The notes beneath the pieces are model-generated. The model saw only the letters and a program-made list of their open reading frames with translations, did not search any database and was not told the origin of the DNA. A stretch of DNA of 64,000 nucleotides, taken from positions 9,785 to 73,784 of the IMG/VR virus record IMGVR_UViG_3300005264_000010. One strand, given 5' to 3'. The DNA is from a virus. Numbering within the stretch: position 1 is the first letter of the stretch; each line of letters starts with the position of its first letter. Below, in pieces: positions 20,115 through 29,901 of the stretch. The position numbers and the translations under genes were made by a program.

Positions 20115-21945
20115 TGAAAATAACATAATGAGTAATGAAATACAAAAATTACTAAATGAAAATTCTAATAAATCTAGTATAGAAAATATTTTTAATTTAC
20201 ATGCTGACAGTGGTTCCGTAGATGTATCAAAAGGTTTAGTTAAAATGGAAACTACATTAGGTTCTGTTGATAAATATCTTGATAGTCTTACGAAATCACA
20301 GCTTGAACAAGTAATGAATAATAAAAAAACTAATTCATTATATATTAAATTGAGTGAAAATATGAGCAATCTCAATGATATTAAAGAAAGTGATTTTAAG
20401 AACTATTCTGATTATGAAGACGCTCTAATGAAAAGTATTAATAAATTAAATAGTGGAGTAGATGAATTATCTAATGATATGACTGCTCAACTCAGTTTTG
20501 ATAAAGAGAAATTAAGTACTGCTTTACCAGTTATTGCTAAATTTACTGGGGTTGTTGGTGCTGTTGCTTTAGCTGGTTGGAAATTATATGAGTTAGGTGA
20601 TGTAATTTATGATAGTTTTGATAAAAATAGTGAATGGTTGGATTCTTTAGCTAAAAGGGAAAGGGAATTTTCTAGTAATAGAGCTATTGATGAAGAATTA
20701 TGGTTATCTGTCAATAAACAAAAAGCACAAAGTATAGTAACTGGGTATAAAGTAGAAAAGGACATATTAGAAAATAAGAAAATTCTATTAGATGAGAAGG
20801 CTGAATTAATAGCTAAAGAAAATGGAATTACTAAAGAAGAAGTTCTTGCGAATAAAGAAAAATATATATCATTAACTAAAATAATTACAGAAATAGATAA
20901 CGTAAATGTAAGTTTAGATGGTTGGAGGAAAAAACTTAGAGATGTAGATGATGACTTACATGGTGGTGTTTTAGAAATGGCTTATATAGAAGAGAAAATA
21001 TCCAAAATTGAAAGTAAGATGAAAAATAGTAAGGTTGGGTCAGATGAATATGTTGAGTTAGAATCAGAAAGAAAGAAATTACATACTAGGAAAAATGTAA
21101 TAGATGTTACTAGCAAAATTGCTCAAGGAGAAGATACCAACATAGATGTGATTCAATTAGATAAGGACATTCAAGATTATATTAAACAAGAAAAATTAGT
21201 TTCTAAATTTAAGGAAGGAGAAGGTGAATCTTCTAGGAAGAAACTTAATGGAATGAGAGAACACTTTAAAAGTTTAGATTTTGATGAAGGATCAATTGAA
21301 GAAATGATAATTTCTGTTAAGAAAGCAATGTTTCCTGAAGATGTTGATATTGACTCTAAATTCAAAAAAATGCTAAGTGAAAGTAGTAATAGTATGTTCG
21401 GGCAATTTTCAACTATATTAGATGCAGTTGGTTCTGATGATTTGGCTGGTAATATGGTAGAAATGTCAGATAAAAGAATAGATAAATTAACAACAAAACT
21501 ATTTAGCTACAAAAAATTAGAAACAGATGCTGATAGAGATCATCAAAGTAAAATTGATAAGTATAGAAAAGATAATAATCTCCACCCAACTAGTTATGAA
21601 TATACTCATTTAGAAAATATGAACAATAAAGCAATGGGAGGTAAATTATCACGTGAACCTACGATTGTGGGTGAAAATGGTGCTGAAATAATTCAAGGTG
21701 GAAAAGTACTATCTCCATTAAACACTCAACATAATGATAAATTAACAGATATAATTAAAAATGCAATGAGTGATATAAATGTAAATTCTAATAATGGAAG
21801 TCTTGAAGAACTAATGAAACAACAAAATACTTTATTAGGTCAAATATTACAAAAGAATCAAGGTGGAAGCATAAATAATAATACAAATGTTAATAATACT
21901 AATGTTCAAATTAAACCTAAATCTGGAAATAGATTTGCTCAATAA
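20107..21945 (+). CDS. tape-measure-like / baseplate hub virion protein
   Basis: coiled coil, one hydrophobic segment, KAMGG...IVGENGAE motif, Asn-rich C-terminus; late promoter. Confidence 0.55.
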   Translation: MSNENNIMSNEIQKLLNENSNKSSIENIFNLHADSGSVDVSKGLVKMETTLGSVDKYLDSLTKSQLEQVMNNKKTNSLYIKLSENMSNLNDIKESDFKNYSDYEDALMKSINKLNSGVDELSNDMTAQLSFDKEKLSTALPVIAKFTGVVGAVALAGWKLYELGDVIYDSFDKNSEWLDSLAKREREFSSNRAIDEELWLSVNKQKAQSIVTGYKVEKDILENKKILLDEKAELIAKENGITKEEVLANKEKYISLTKIITEIDNVNVSLDGWRKKLRDVDDDLHGGVLEMAYIEEKISKIESKMKNSKVGSDEYVELESERKKLHTRKNVIDVTSKIAQGEDTNIDVIQLDKDIQDYIKQEKLVSKFKEGEGESSRKKLNGMREHFKSLDFDEGSIEEMIISVKKAMFPEDVDIDSKFKKMLSESSNSMFGQFSTILDAVGSDDLAGNMVEMSDKRIDKLTTKLFSYKKLETDADRDHQSKIDKYRKDNNLHPTSYEYTHLENMNNKAMGGKLSREPTIVGENGAEIIQGGKVLSPLNTQHNDKLTDIIKNAMSDINVNSNNGSLEELMKQQNTLLGQILQKNQGGSINNNTNVNNTNVQIKPKSGNRFAQ

Positions 21946-21951
21946 TATTTT

Positions 21952-21965
21952 TATAAATATAAATA
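21952..21965 (+). promoter_or_regulatory. late promoter
   Basis: TATAAATATAAATA. Confidence 0.85.
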
Positions 21966-21981
21966 AAATAGGATAATAAAA

Positions 21982-23520
21982 ATGGCTTCAGCATTAAAAA
22001 ATATACAATCAAATTCTAATAGCTACAATCTAGTTAATAGTTATAACAATCTAGTTGAGGGTTTAGGAAAACATAAATATAAAAACTTCATTAAGAATAA
22101 CAAAACTGATTTTATTGTTAAGAATGATTTGAATTATGATTTAGGAAGTCTTGATCTAGTAGATGAGATCGATAAAACTAAATTTAGCTTATCTTATTGG
22201 TATCATTCAGTCTCTGAAAATAATTCGGATGATGTTGGTATGCTATTAAGTGAAGCTACATTAGCTGAAATTACTAAAGATGAATTAAATAAATTACATG
22301 ATATTCCTGTTATATTAGATACTACCAATAAAATATCACAAGAAATTAGTGTTGAATTGAGAAAGCAAACTGATTATGTGATTGCTGTTGAATATCAAAT
22401 TAAAAATATTGAGTTAGATGCAGATCCAATAATAAATAGGATTGAAACTGTAGCCACTAAGAATTTAACTATTAGTTTAGAAGTAGATGATGGGAGTTCA
22501 TATATACCTTTAAATTCAAGCCATTTTACTACTAATGATATTGATTATAAAATTGCTAATAGTTCAAATTACACCTATCAAAAGCTATTTATAATTAAGA
22601 ATTTGAACGAGTATAATGGAGATACTAATTTTAAATTAACATTGGGTGGATCTATAGATGATGATAATTTAAATATAATAATTAAGTCTACATCTTTTTA
22701 TGAAGGAAATATTTTAATTCCAAGCCTTGCTAATAATGATAGTATTGAAGATTTTATTAACTTTGAAGATAAAGTTTGGAGACTATCTAATGATGGATAT
22801 AATTTTACACCAATTAACAATACTAATTTAATAACAGTTGGTTTGACTGGTAAATACTCAACATTAAATGAAGCATTATCTAGTGAAATTAGTGGTTCTT
22901 TATTTTTCTTGGTATCAGATGTCAATCTTAACAACTCTTCTGTTTTAGGTGCTGGGTGTTCAATATATGGTAATGGATTTAGTATAAATACAGATACTTC
23001 AATATTAACAGTATTTCCATCAGAAAAACCAAACTCAATTAAAGATGTTCAAATAAATGGAGGTACTAATAATCTTAGACTCTATAATACAGATAACGTA
23101 ACTTTAGAAAATATAGTATTTAATGAAATTGTCGGAGATGGTAGCTCTCAGTTATATATACTTAATTCGAATAAGATTGTTGGTAGGGGTTTAAAATTTA
23201 TTAATAATAATTTAAAAGCTAGTAAATGTGTAGAGTTGTCCAGTTCAAGTAATTGTGATTTATCAATTAATAGTATAACTAATTATGGATATGAGAATGG
23301 GCTTGATATGTCTGGAAGTGGTGTTTATCTAATAAATTCAGATAATAATAGAATATATATAAATTCAGTTGAAACAGAAATTAGTTCAAGTATAACTACT
23401 TCTGAATTAAATGCTGTTGAAGAAGTTAGTTCTAATAATAATAATATAACTATACTTAATCATAATGTAGTTGATAATAATTTAATTATTGATGATGATG
23501 AACCTGGGGTAGTAGAATAA
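21982..23520 (+). CDS. virion protein with C-terminal parallel beta-helix
   Basis: ITVG..GKYSTLNEAL then Asn/Ser-rich beta-helix repeats. Confidence 0.6.
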   Translation: MASALKNIQSNSNSYNLVNSYNNLVEGLGKHKYKNFIKNNKTDFIVKNDLNYDLGSLDLVDEIDKTKFSLSYWYHSVSENNSDDVGMLLSEATLAEITKDELNKLHDIPVILDTTNKISQEISVELRKQTDYVIAVEYQIKNIELDADPIINRIETVATKNLTISLEVDDGSSYIPLNSSHFTTNDIDYKIANSSNYTYQKLFIIKNLNEYNGDTNFKLTLGGSIDDDNLNIIIKSTSFYEGNILIPSLANNDSIEDFINFEDKVWRLSNDGYNFTPINNTNLITVGLTGKYSTLNEALSSEISGSLFFLVSDVNLNNSSVLGAGCSIYGNGFSINTDTSILTVFPSEKPNSIKDVQINGGTNNLRLYNTDNVTLENIVFNEIVGDGSSQLYILNSNKIVGRGLKFINNNLKASKCVELSSSSNCDLSINSITNYGYENGLDMSGSGVYLINSDNNRIYINSVETEISSSITTSELNAVEEVSSNNNNITILNHNVVDNNLIIDDDEPGVVE

Positions 23521-23535
23521 AAATTGGAGAAATAA

Positions 23536-24918
23536 ATGAGTATTAAAGATATAAAATGTGATGGTAATTCAAGTAATAATATTATAGATATACCTAATGG
23601 AAGTTTTGGGATAGAAACAAATAACTCAAATGAAATTAGAAATAATCAAAGTATATCTAATGATGGTAAAATTGTTTTATATAATGATGTTATAACATCT
23701 AATGCAAATGCTACATCAAATAATTTAGTAACTAGTTCTGGCTCTTTGAATGACAGATTTAATGAGATTGAAAGTGATATTATTAATTTAGGATCTGTGA
23801 CTAATGATAATACTATTTTTAGCGTAGTTGATGACGATGCTAATAATAGGAAGTTAATATCAACTGTAAAATCTGGAGAGAAATGTGCTGGGACAAATAC
23901 AGTTACTACGAGTACAATTGTCATTCAATGTACTGATACAAGTTTATTTGAGGGTAGCAATACATCAATTAGAATAGTTAATAAAGAGAATACAGCAAAA
24001 TTTCATATAGCAGAAGTTACTTCAGTTTCATCTAATACGAGTATTACAATTTCACCTGCATTAGATTTAAATGACTTTCCAAATCCAACTGATGTTGATC
24101 TTTATACAATGAATTATAATACTTGTATGCAAGTAGGAGATGTGATTGGTACATCTTATGATGATATGATGCAAAGTTTATTAATGTGGAATACACCCAC
24201 AAAAAGTTATTTACAAGTAGTACCTCAAGGTGATAAAGATACAAGTAAAGTATTACAAATAGCTTCAAGGAGTGGTAATAATTTACAAACATTAGAGCTT
24301 AAATCAGCTGAAACTAAATTGTATGGAAATGTGGAAGTAGATGGCTCTTTGGATGTTGGTGGGAATGTTTGGCTTGGAGATACTGGAGTTCTAAGAACTA
24401 ACACTATAGAGCCAGGACTTGGAAGTGGTGTTAAAGTAAATTCGTTACTAACGAATAAAAGTTGTTTTATTGATGGGTATGTTTCAGCCACTACAGGAAT
24501 TACTTTAACTACAACTTTTATTTCTATTGCTGCTTTTGTTGCTAATGGAACTATAATGGAATCAAACCCACTTAATATTGAATTTAATAATAGTGGAGCA
24601 GCCACTAATATTTACTTTAAAAGTTCATATCTTTTTGGATATTATAGAGTTTCCATCAATATTTCATTGTATGGTGCAGTAACAGCAGATAGTATGGAAA
24701 TAGGATTATTCTCTTACGATACAGATCCAGTGAGTTATTATAATTATGCTGAAGTAGGATCTAGTGGTTCTGGTGGAGGCTCTTTCACTAAAATTATTAA
24801 AGTTGATGCCGATCACCGTAATTGGAAAGTACAACTTTCTGGGATACATTCAAGTAATTTAAACCATATTAAGATAAAATATGCGAGTATTTCAGCAGAA
24901 TATATAAGTGATCTATAA
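23536..24918 (+). CDS. tail fibre / spike-like protein
   Basis: GNVEVDGSLDVGG triple-beta repeat and C-terminal beta-sandwich (GYYRVSINI). Confidence 0.6.
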   Translation: MSIKDIKCDGNSSNNIIDIPNGSFGIETNNSNEIRNNQSISNDGKIVLYNDVITSNANATSNNLVTSSGSLNDRFNEIESDIINLGSVTNDNTIFSVVDDDANNRKLISTVKSGEKCAGTNTVTTSTIVIQCTDTSLFEGSNTSIRIVNKENTAKFHIAEVTSVSSNTSITISPALDLNDFPNPTDVDLYTMNYNTCMQVGDVIGTSYDDMMQSLLMWNTPTKSYLQVVPQGDKDTSKVLQIASRSGNNLQTLELKSAETKLYGNVEVDGSLDVGGNVWLGDTGVLRTNTIEPGLGSGVKVNSLLTNKSCFIDGYVSATTGITLTTTFISIAAFVANGTIMESNPLNIEFNNSGAATNIYFKSSYLFGYYRVSINISLYGAVTADSMEIGLFSYDTDPVSYYNYAEVGSSGSGGGSFTKIIKVDADHRNWKVQLSGIHSSNLNHIKIKYASISAEYISDL

Positions 24919-25158
24919 TATCTTACTTCGTTCCTCTTCAATATCTCTCTCAAGTAATGCTCGTTCTTTTAGTTCGAGCATTTCATTTCTAAAATTAGCA
25001 AAACATCCACATTTAGCTAAATTCTCCATTTCACATATTTTATTATCATTACATTCATGATATTCTTTAGTTTGTATAAAAGTCATTTTGTCTAATAAGT
25101 ATTGATTAAAAATTGATATTGCTTCTTCTTCACTTACTTTAATATCTACTTCTTCCAT
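24913..25158 (-). CDS. hypothetical protein
   Basis: SD aagga; minus-strand TATAAATA at 25184-25191. Confidence 0.6.
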   Translation of the reverse strand: MEEVDIKVSEEEAISIFNQYLLDKMTFIQTKEYHECNDNKICEMENLAKCGCFANFRNEMLELKERALLERDIEEERSKIL

Positions 25159-25183
25159 TAAAAAATTCCTTATGTTTTTATTG

Positions 25184-25201
25184 TATTTATAAATATAAAT
25201 A
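25184..25201. promoter_or_regulatory. bidirectional late promoter
   Basis: palindrome TATTTATAAATA gives TATAAATA on both strands between divergent genes. Confidence 0.7.
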
Positions 25202-25216
25202 AAATAGGATTTACTT

Positions 25217-25894
25217 ATGATACAATACTCTCATTTATCACAGCAAGAGAAATATAAACTTTCATTTGCTTCTGCATTTAAAAATACTATATTACCTAGA
25301 TATGATGTTGATGGTAATATTTCTAAGTATATATTAGTACCACTCACTTTTGCTCAAAACTCAAAACTCTTTGATATTGCCAATGGAACTCATATAAGAA
25401 ACGCTATGAATCCTGTGAATGAAATTGATGTGTCTTTTCCCATTCCATCTATGTCTTTAACTTTTGGTGATTTAACTCCAAATCCAGAAGGTAATCTTAA
25501 TCAAAACTATTTAGTTGATAAAGAAAATAGTATATTCACTCCTAGTAGTTTTATGACTTCAATAACACTAAATATAATTACTAAATCTACATCTGATACA
25601 GATATGATAATTGAACAGATAATCCCATTATTCAAAGATGCTTATGCCGTTACTTGTAATTTGGGCGGAGATATTAAACATGAGATGGTAGTTGAAATGG
25701 AAAGTGTTGACTTAGCTTACCCAGAAGAATGGCAACTTGATGATGTTGGTTTAATTGAAAGTTCTATTTCATTCTCAACTGATATTAGTATATTTAGATT
25801 CCCTAGAGAATTACCTACTGATATGGGATTAGAGATGGGTGTCATTGCTAAAAATGGTTTAGATACAATGACACTTATTGATGACTTAATATAG
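25217..25894 (+). CDS. tail sheath terminator (T4 gp15-like)
   Basis: VPLTFAQ..K, PSMSL, IIEQIIPLF. Confidence 0.85.
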   Translation: MIQYSHLSQQEKYKLSFASAFKNTILPRYDVDGNISKYILVPLTFAQNSKLFDIANGTHIRNAMNPVNEIDVSFPIPSMSLTFGDLTPNPEGNLNQNYLVDKENSIFTPSSFMTSITLNIITKSTSDTDMIIEQIIPLFKDAYAVTCNLGGDIKHEMVVEMESVDLAYPEEWQLDDVGLIESSISFSTDISIFRFPRELPTDMGLEMGVIAKNGLDTMTLIDDLI

Positions 25895-27061
25895 TATGTC
25901 AAGTATTCTTTTACAGTAATTTTTCAATCCAAATCTTTCGATTTGATTAGTTTCATATTCACTAATACCAATAACTGAAGAGTTGAATATTTGAAATATA
26001 TAATTTCTATATTCTTTAGGAACTACTTCATTGACTTTAATTGCAAATTCTTTCTTATCAGTTATAAATAAATTACTCATTTCTAATTGATAATTCATAG
26101 CTCTAATTTTATAATCTATATATCTTTTCTTAATTTCTTCAACTTCATCTTTATAATGTGGAAAATATCCTAATACTTCATCAACTTCATTATTAATAAT
26201 TAACATCAATATACTAACATTATTATTCACTCTACCTAACATTCTATGCAATTCAATATATCTTGGACTTTTAACTTTTACTCTAGTATAACTTCTAGTT
26301 TCATCATTAAATTTAGAATAATCAACAGCAACATAGCCTTCAAATGTTGCTTCATTCTCAGTATGTAATTTTTCAATATCCTTTATACTATAAACATCAT
26401 AAATATCTTTAGCATAAGGAATACCGATTTCATGAGATATTGCTTGTAACATTTTATAACTTACTTCATCAAAATTATCACATCTATCCCTAGCAGTGAT
26501 TAACGTAAGAGTAGTCTCAGAATATGGAGTTACTATTCTATTATTTGGTGATGTCAATTCAAATATATATATTAGTTGATCATCAAAATAATTTATAACT
26601 AATTTATCATGAAGTGTATGTGTATCTAACTTCTTATTAGGTAAAGCATCTAATACTAAATCAGTAAATGTCTTATCACTATTTTCACTTGGTTTAGCTA
26701 CATTATCAATTGAACCAGATGTTGCAATTCTCCATTGACATTTATACTGAAAAATAGTGATTAAACTACCATCCATTTTCTCAAATATATTAGCATTATA
26801 GAAATCAAAATCATTGTCTTCTTCAATTTCCCCAAAATTAAAGAATCTATTAAATCCCATAGAAACTATATCAAAAGTACCCATCTCTAATATAAGTGAT
26901 CTACATTCTCTAACAATTGGATGTGATTTATGTTTATGTGAATCTATTTGTGAATATTTTAATAATACTAAATCATCTTTAATTTTATAATTAATACCAA
27001 ATTCATTTTTTAAATCATCTAATGTATTATTTTGAAGATATTCCTGGGTTTTTAATAGCAT
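25886..27061 (-). CDS. RNA ligase 1 family
   Basis: ECRSLI, F.RFFNFGE, EKMDGS, FELTSP.NRIV, EGYV, RVKVKS..Y. Confidence 0.9.
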   Translation of the reverse strand: MLLKTQEYLQNNTLDDLKNEFGINYKIKDDLVLLKYSQIDSHKHKSHPIVRECRSLILEMGTFDIVSMGFNRFFNFGEIEEDNDFDFYNANIFEKMDGSLITIFQYKCQWRIATSGSIDNVAKPSENSDKTFTDLVLDALPNKKLDTHTLHDKLVINYFDDQLIYIFELTSPNNRIVTPYSETTLTLITARDRCDNFDEVSYKMLQAISHEIGIPYAKDIYDVYSIKDIEKLHTENEATFEGYVAVDYSKFNDETRSYTRVKVKSPRYIELHRMLGRVNNNVSILMLIINNEVDEVLGYFPHYKDEVEEIKKRYIDYKIRAMNYQLEMSNLFITDKKEFAIKVNEVVPKEYRNYIFQIFNSSVIGISEYETNQIERFGLKNYCKRILDILY

Positions 27062-27995
27062 TTAGTTTCTCCTCTAATATTCCCTCTATATTATCAAATT
27101 CTATATAAGGTATTCTAATTAGTTTGATATTATTGTTTTTACAATATTCATTTTTTGTTTTATCATTAATCTGAGTTTGTTTAAAATTATTTTCTGCTTT
27201 CCCTTCAGATATATTATTAAACTGCACTGGATAGAAATGCTGTTGTCCATCATATTCTATAATAATATTATATTTAGATAAATAGAAATCAAATAGTAGT
27301 GATCTTTTTGACTCAACATTTCTACAACCATCAAATACTTTTTCTCGAACAAAATTTATATTGTTCTCTTCTAACCAAATTCTAACTGTATATTCACCTT
27401 TTGACTCTTTAGATGAACAAACTTTACATCTAGTTTGTCCAGCTTTAAATCTGCTAAAACTGGCACTGAAAATTCTTTTACATTTACACTCAATGTCTAA
27501 AAATTTTTTAATTCCAGTGTATTCTAAAGATATTAATTTACACCCCATATTACATATTGTTTCTTTAACATATTTATATGAATATGTTTGAGCTGTGTTC
27601 TTTTCTCCTACACTACACTTATTACACTTATATTTTTTCCTACCTTTGAATTTAGCCCAAGTAGTTTCAAATATATTATTACATTCAATAGTTTCACAAG
27701 TGAAAATTAAATTTGTTGAATTATTAATATATTCTGTTGATAGACATTTACAATTTGAATGTGTCTCTGTATATTCTATTATTTTCTCAATAGTTAATCT
27801 GCCTAAACCAGAACATTCATTACATTGATGTTTGCTTCCTTTAAATTCCATAAAACTTTTATTAAAAAATTCACCACAATGGCACTTAAATATTAGTTTT
27901 TCTTTGATACCATTATATTCTGTTGATATTAAGGTGCATTTAGTGTGAGCTTCTACAAAATCATTTACATCTTGGATTGTTATTAGCTTTGGCAT
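27027..27995 (-). CDS. free-standing homing endonuclease (Zn-finger repeats + Vsr/DUF559-like nuclease)
   Basis: three C-x-C/CxxC repeats; SKGE; FDFY...IEYDGQQHF; LIRIPY. Confidence 0.85.
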   Translation of the reverse strand: MPKLITIQDVNDFVEAHTKCTLISTEYNGIKEKLIFKCHCGEFFNKSFMEFKGSKHQCNECSGLGRLTIEKIIEYTETHSNCKCLSTEYINNSTNLIFTCETIECNNIFETTWAKFKGRKKYKCNKCSVGEKNTAQTYSYKYVKETICNMGCKLISLEYTGIKKFLDIECKCKRIFSASFSRFKAGQTRCKVCSSKESKGEYTVRIWLEENNINFVREKVFDGCRNVESKRSLLFDFYLSKYNIIIEYDGQQHFYPVQFNNISEGKAENNFKQTQINDKTKNEYCKNNNIKLIRIPYIEFDNIEGILEEKLNAIKNPGISSK

Positions 27996-28033
27996 ATTAA
28001 ATTTCCTGTTTAGTTTATAGTTTTAGTTATATG

Positions 28034-28041
28034 TATTTATA
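28034..28041 (-). promoter_or_regulatory. late promoter of the endonuclease
   Basis: TATAAATA on minus strand. Confidence 0.75.
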
Positions 28042-28048
28042 AAACTAT

Positions 28049-28116
28049 TATAGGGTGTAAGTATATTTAAACAGGAAATATACTTTACAAGGGTAACTAG
28101 TCCTTTACACCCTATA
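28049..28116 (-). promoter_or_regulatory. three-way-junction RNA element with anti-RBS loop
   Basis: 12-bp outer stem 28049-28060/28105-28116, two inner hairpins; 28068-28079 is a perfect inverted repeat of RBS region 28001-28012. Confidence 0.75.
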
Positions 28117-28195
28117 TAATTGATATTATACCATAATCTTCTTCAAGTTCAATTAAAGTATGATTCTGTAAGTATTCTTGCACTTTTAATAACAT
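28112..28195 (-). pseudogene. orphaned duplicate of the RNA ligase N-terminus (27 aa)
   Basis: MLLKVQEYLQNHTLIELEEDYGI vs MLLKTQEYLQNNTLDDLKNEFGI. Confidence 0.85.
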
Positions 28196-28504
28196 TTAAT
28201 TTCCCCCACAATAAAATCTCTCAGTGTAAAAATTATTATCTTTTGTTATAGGCTGAATGTCAACTATATCCATAATATTTATTGAATCTCCTATTTTTCT
28301 AAATATTGGCATGAAAGTAGGATCTAATCGACCTTTATAAACATAGTAATTAAATTTAGTTAGTATTCTCCATCCTAATTTATTATAATTGCTTCTATAA
28401 TTAGATTTTTTAAGTGGTGAAGGTTTATCTAGTAATGAAAAGAAATAAGTTGCTTTCTTTAATCTGAATTTACTCTTTCTGCCTCTAGGATATTTAGCTT
28501 TCAT
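28196..28504 (-). CDS. small basic protein with gp23 Gol-region-like motif
   Basis: SD aaaggag before ATG 28504; DPTFMPIFRKI...MDIVDIQPIT. Confidence 0.55.
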   Translation of the reverse strand: MKAKYPRGRKSKFRLKKATYFFSLLDKPSPLKKSNYRSNYNKLGWRILTKFNYYVYKGRLDPTFMPIFRKIGDSINIMDIVDIQPITKDNNFYTERFYCGGN

Positions 28505-28799
28505 TATAAGCTCCTTTAGATAAATCAGCACTCATCCATTCATTTTCGTCGTCATCCTCATAAAATGGAAATTCTATTTCTTCTTTAGTATAATACTTTT
28601 CTTGAAAATTTCTATCTATTTCTTCTTCACTAGCTAATAATTTACCTTCTTCAGGAATAACTCTTTGTTCTTTTCTAGTTTGTTCTTTTCTAGCTTCTTT
28701 TAACTTATTCAGAATTTCTAAATTGATATAGTATATATGATTAGGACAATGCTCTAACATACTCTCTACCATTTCAATATCTTTCATTGTTACATACAT
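28494..28799 (-). CDS. hypothetical early protein
   Basis: strong SD directly after promoter. Confidence 0.7.
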   Translation of the reverse strand: MYVTMKDIEMVESMLEHCPNHIYYINLEILNKLKEARKEQTRKEQRVIPEEGKLLASEEEIDRNFQEKYYTKEEIEFPFYEDDDENEWMSADLSKGAYNES

Positions 28800-28829
28800 T
28801 TTTTATTTCTCCTTTTTAATCATACTTAT

Positions 28830-28858
28830 AATATAATCAAACTATTGAATAATGTCAA
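28830..28858 (-). promoter_or_regulatory. early promoter
   Basis: TTGACA-17-TATATT on minus strand. Confidence 0.85.
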
Positions 28859-28861
28859 GAA

Positions 28862-29890
28862 CTAAAAATTATTATCAATTATATTTAAGAAATTATCTTT
28901 AACTATTTTTCTACATTCATTTCCCATAATCTTACTAATTGCATTAAAATTGTCATCAAGGATATTATCTTTTTTCCAATCATCAATGACATCCTTAACA
29001 AACAGACCAGCAATTTTTGAAAAATCTTTATCACTCACCTCACCAATTTTAGACAATACATTCCTTAGTCTATTTGAATTTACTAACTCTAATATTTCAC
29101 CAAGTAATAAATCTTGTTCTGGATTTAGTAGTATAACTTGTTTAACTTTCTTTGGTTTAGTTCTAGTCTCTTTCTCTTTAAACTTATCATTCTTATTTTT
29201 GATAATAACTCTAGTATCACCCATGTAATCAACTCTATCCCAAGACTTTATCACATTACCCTCACAAATATTATTCTCTAGTTTAGGCAGTCCAAAACCA
29301 GCATATATTTTACTTTCATATTCATTTGGGAAATATAAGCATTCATCAAAAGTTCCTTTAAATAATGGTTTACTCCAAGTAATATTTGGTGTATATGTTT
29401 TAGATATAAACCCAGCAATAGCATTCATCATATCTGAATATGATATATAATGACCATCTATTTTAACATCAAAAATATAAAAGATATTAGCCGGATGGTA
29501 ACTTACTCCTTTTTGTACTTTCTTACTATGAACATTTCTTAGTTCTCTAACTAATTCATCTTTACTTTCATACAAACCACCGGCAATTTCACCAAAGACT
29601 GTTATCTCAGTAACATTTTTTCTATCTTGTAAGTATTCAAATAAATCTTTAGTGAATTTTTCTATTTGTGTCTTGATTGTATTTAATCCCATAAAACTAT
29701 CTTCAATACCTAAAAATTGTGTTCTTTTAGCAAACTTCATTTCTTTACCATCATACCAAACAGATAGATTTGAACCATGGACTTTTTCAGTTACAACAAA
29801 TTCTCCTCTATTCTTACCTTGTTCAATTATTTTATTAATAAACTTAGTGCGATAACTGTTTTCGATGCTACTAAATTTTTTGAATTCCAT
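28862..29890 (-). CDS. RNA ligase 2 family
   Basis: FSSIEN, EKVHGSN, KRT, FGE, FDVK, EGNVIK, IKNKN.KF.E, RL.NV.SKIG. Confidence 0.93.
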   Translation of the reverse strand: MEFKKFSSIENSYRTKFINKIIEQGKNRGEFVVTEKVHGSNLSVWYDGKEMKFAKRTQFLGIEDSFMGLNTIKTQIEKFTKDLFEYLQDRKNVTEITVFGEIAGGLYESKDELVRELRNVHSKKVQKGVSYHPANIFYIFDVKIDGHYISYSDMMNAIAGFISKTYTPNITWSKPLFKGTFDECLYFPNEYESKIYAGFGLPKLENNICEGNVIKSWDRVDYMGDTRVIIKNKNDKFKEKETRTKPKKVKQVILLNPEQDLLLGEILELVNSNRLRNVLSKIGEVSDKDFSKIAGLFVKDVIDDWKKDNILDDNFNAISKIMGNECRKIVKDNFLNIIDNNF

Positions 29891-29901
29891 TTTATTCTCC
29901 T

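Noticed and set aside
25874-25902. TTGACA on the minus strand at the end of the ligase gene
   Set aside because: No TATATT/TATAAT at 17-bp spacing
27027-28116. Group I intron in the RNA ligase gene
   Set aside because: No room for or sign of a catalytic core, and the downstream ligase has its own complete N-terminus
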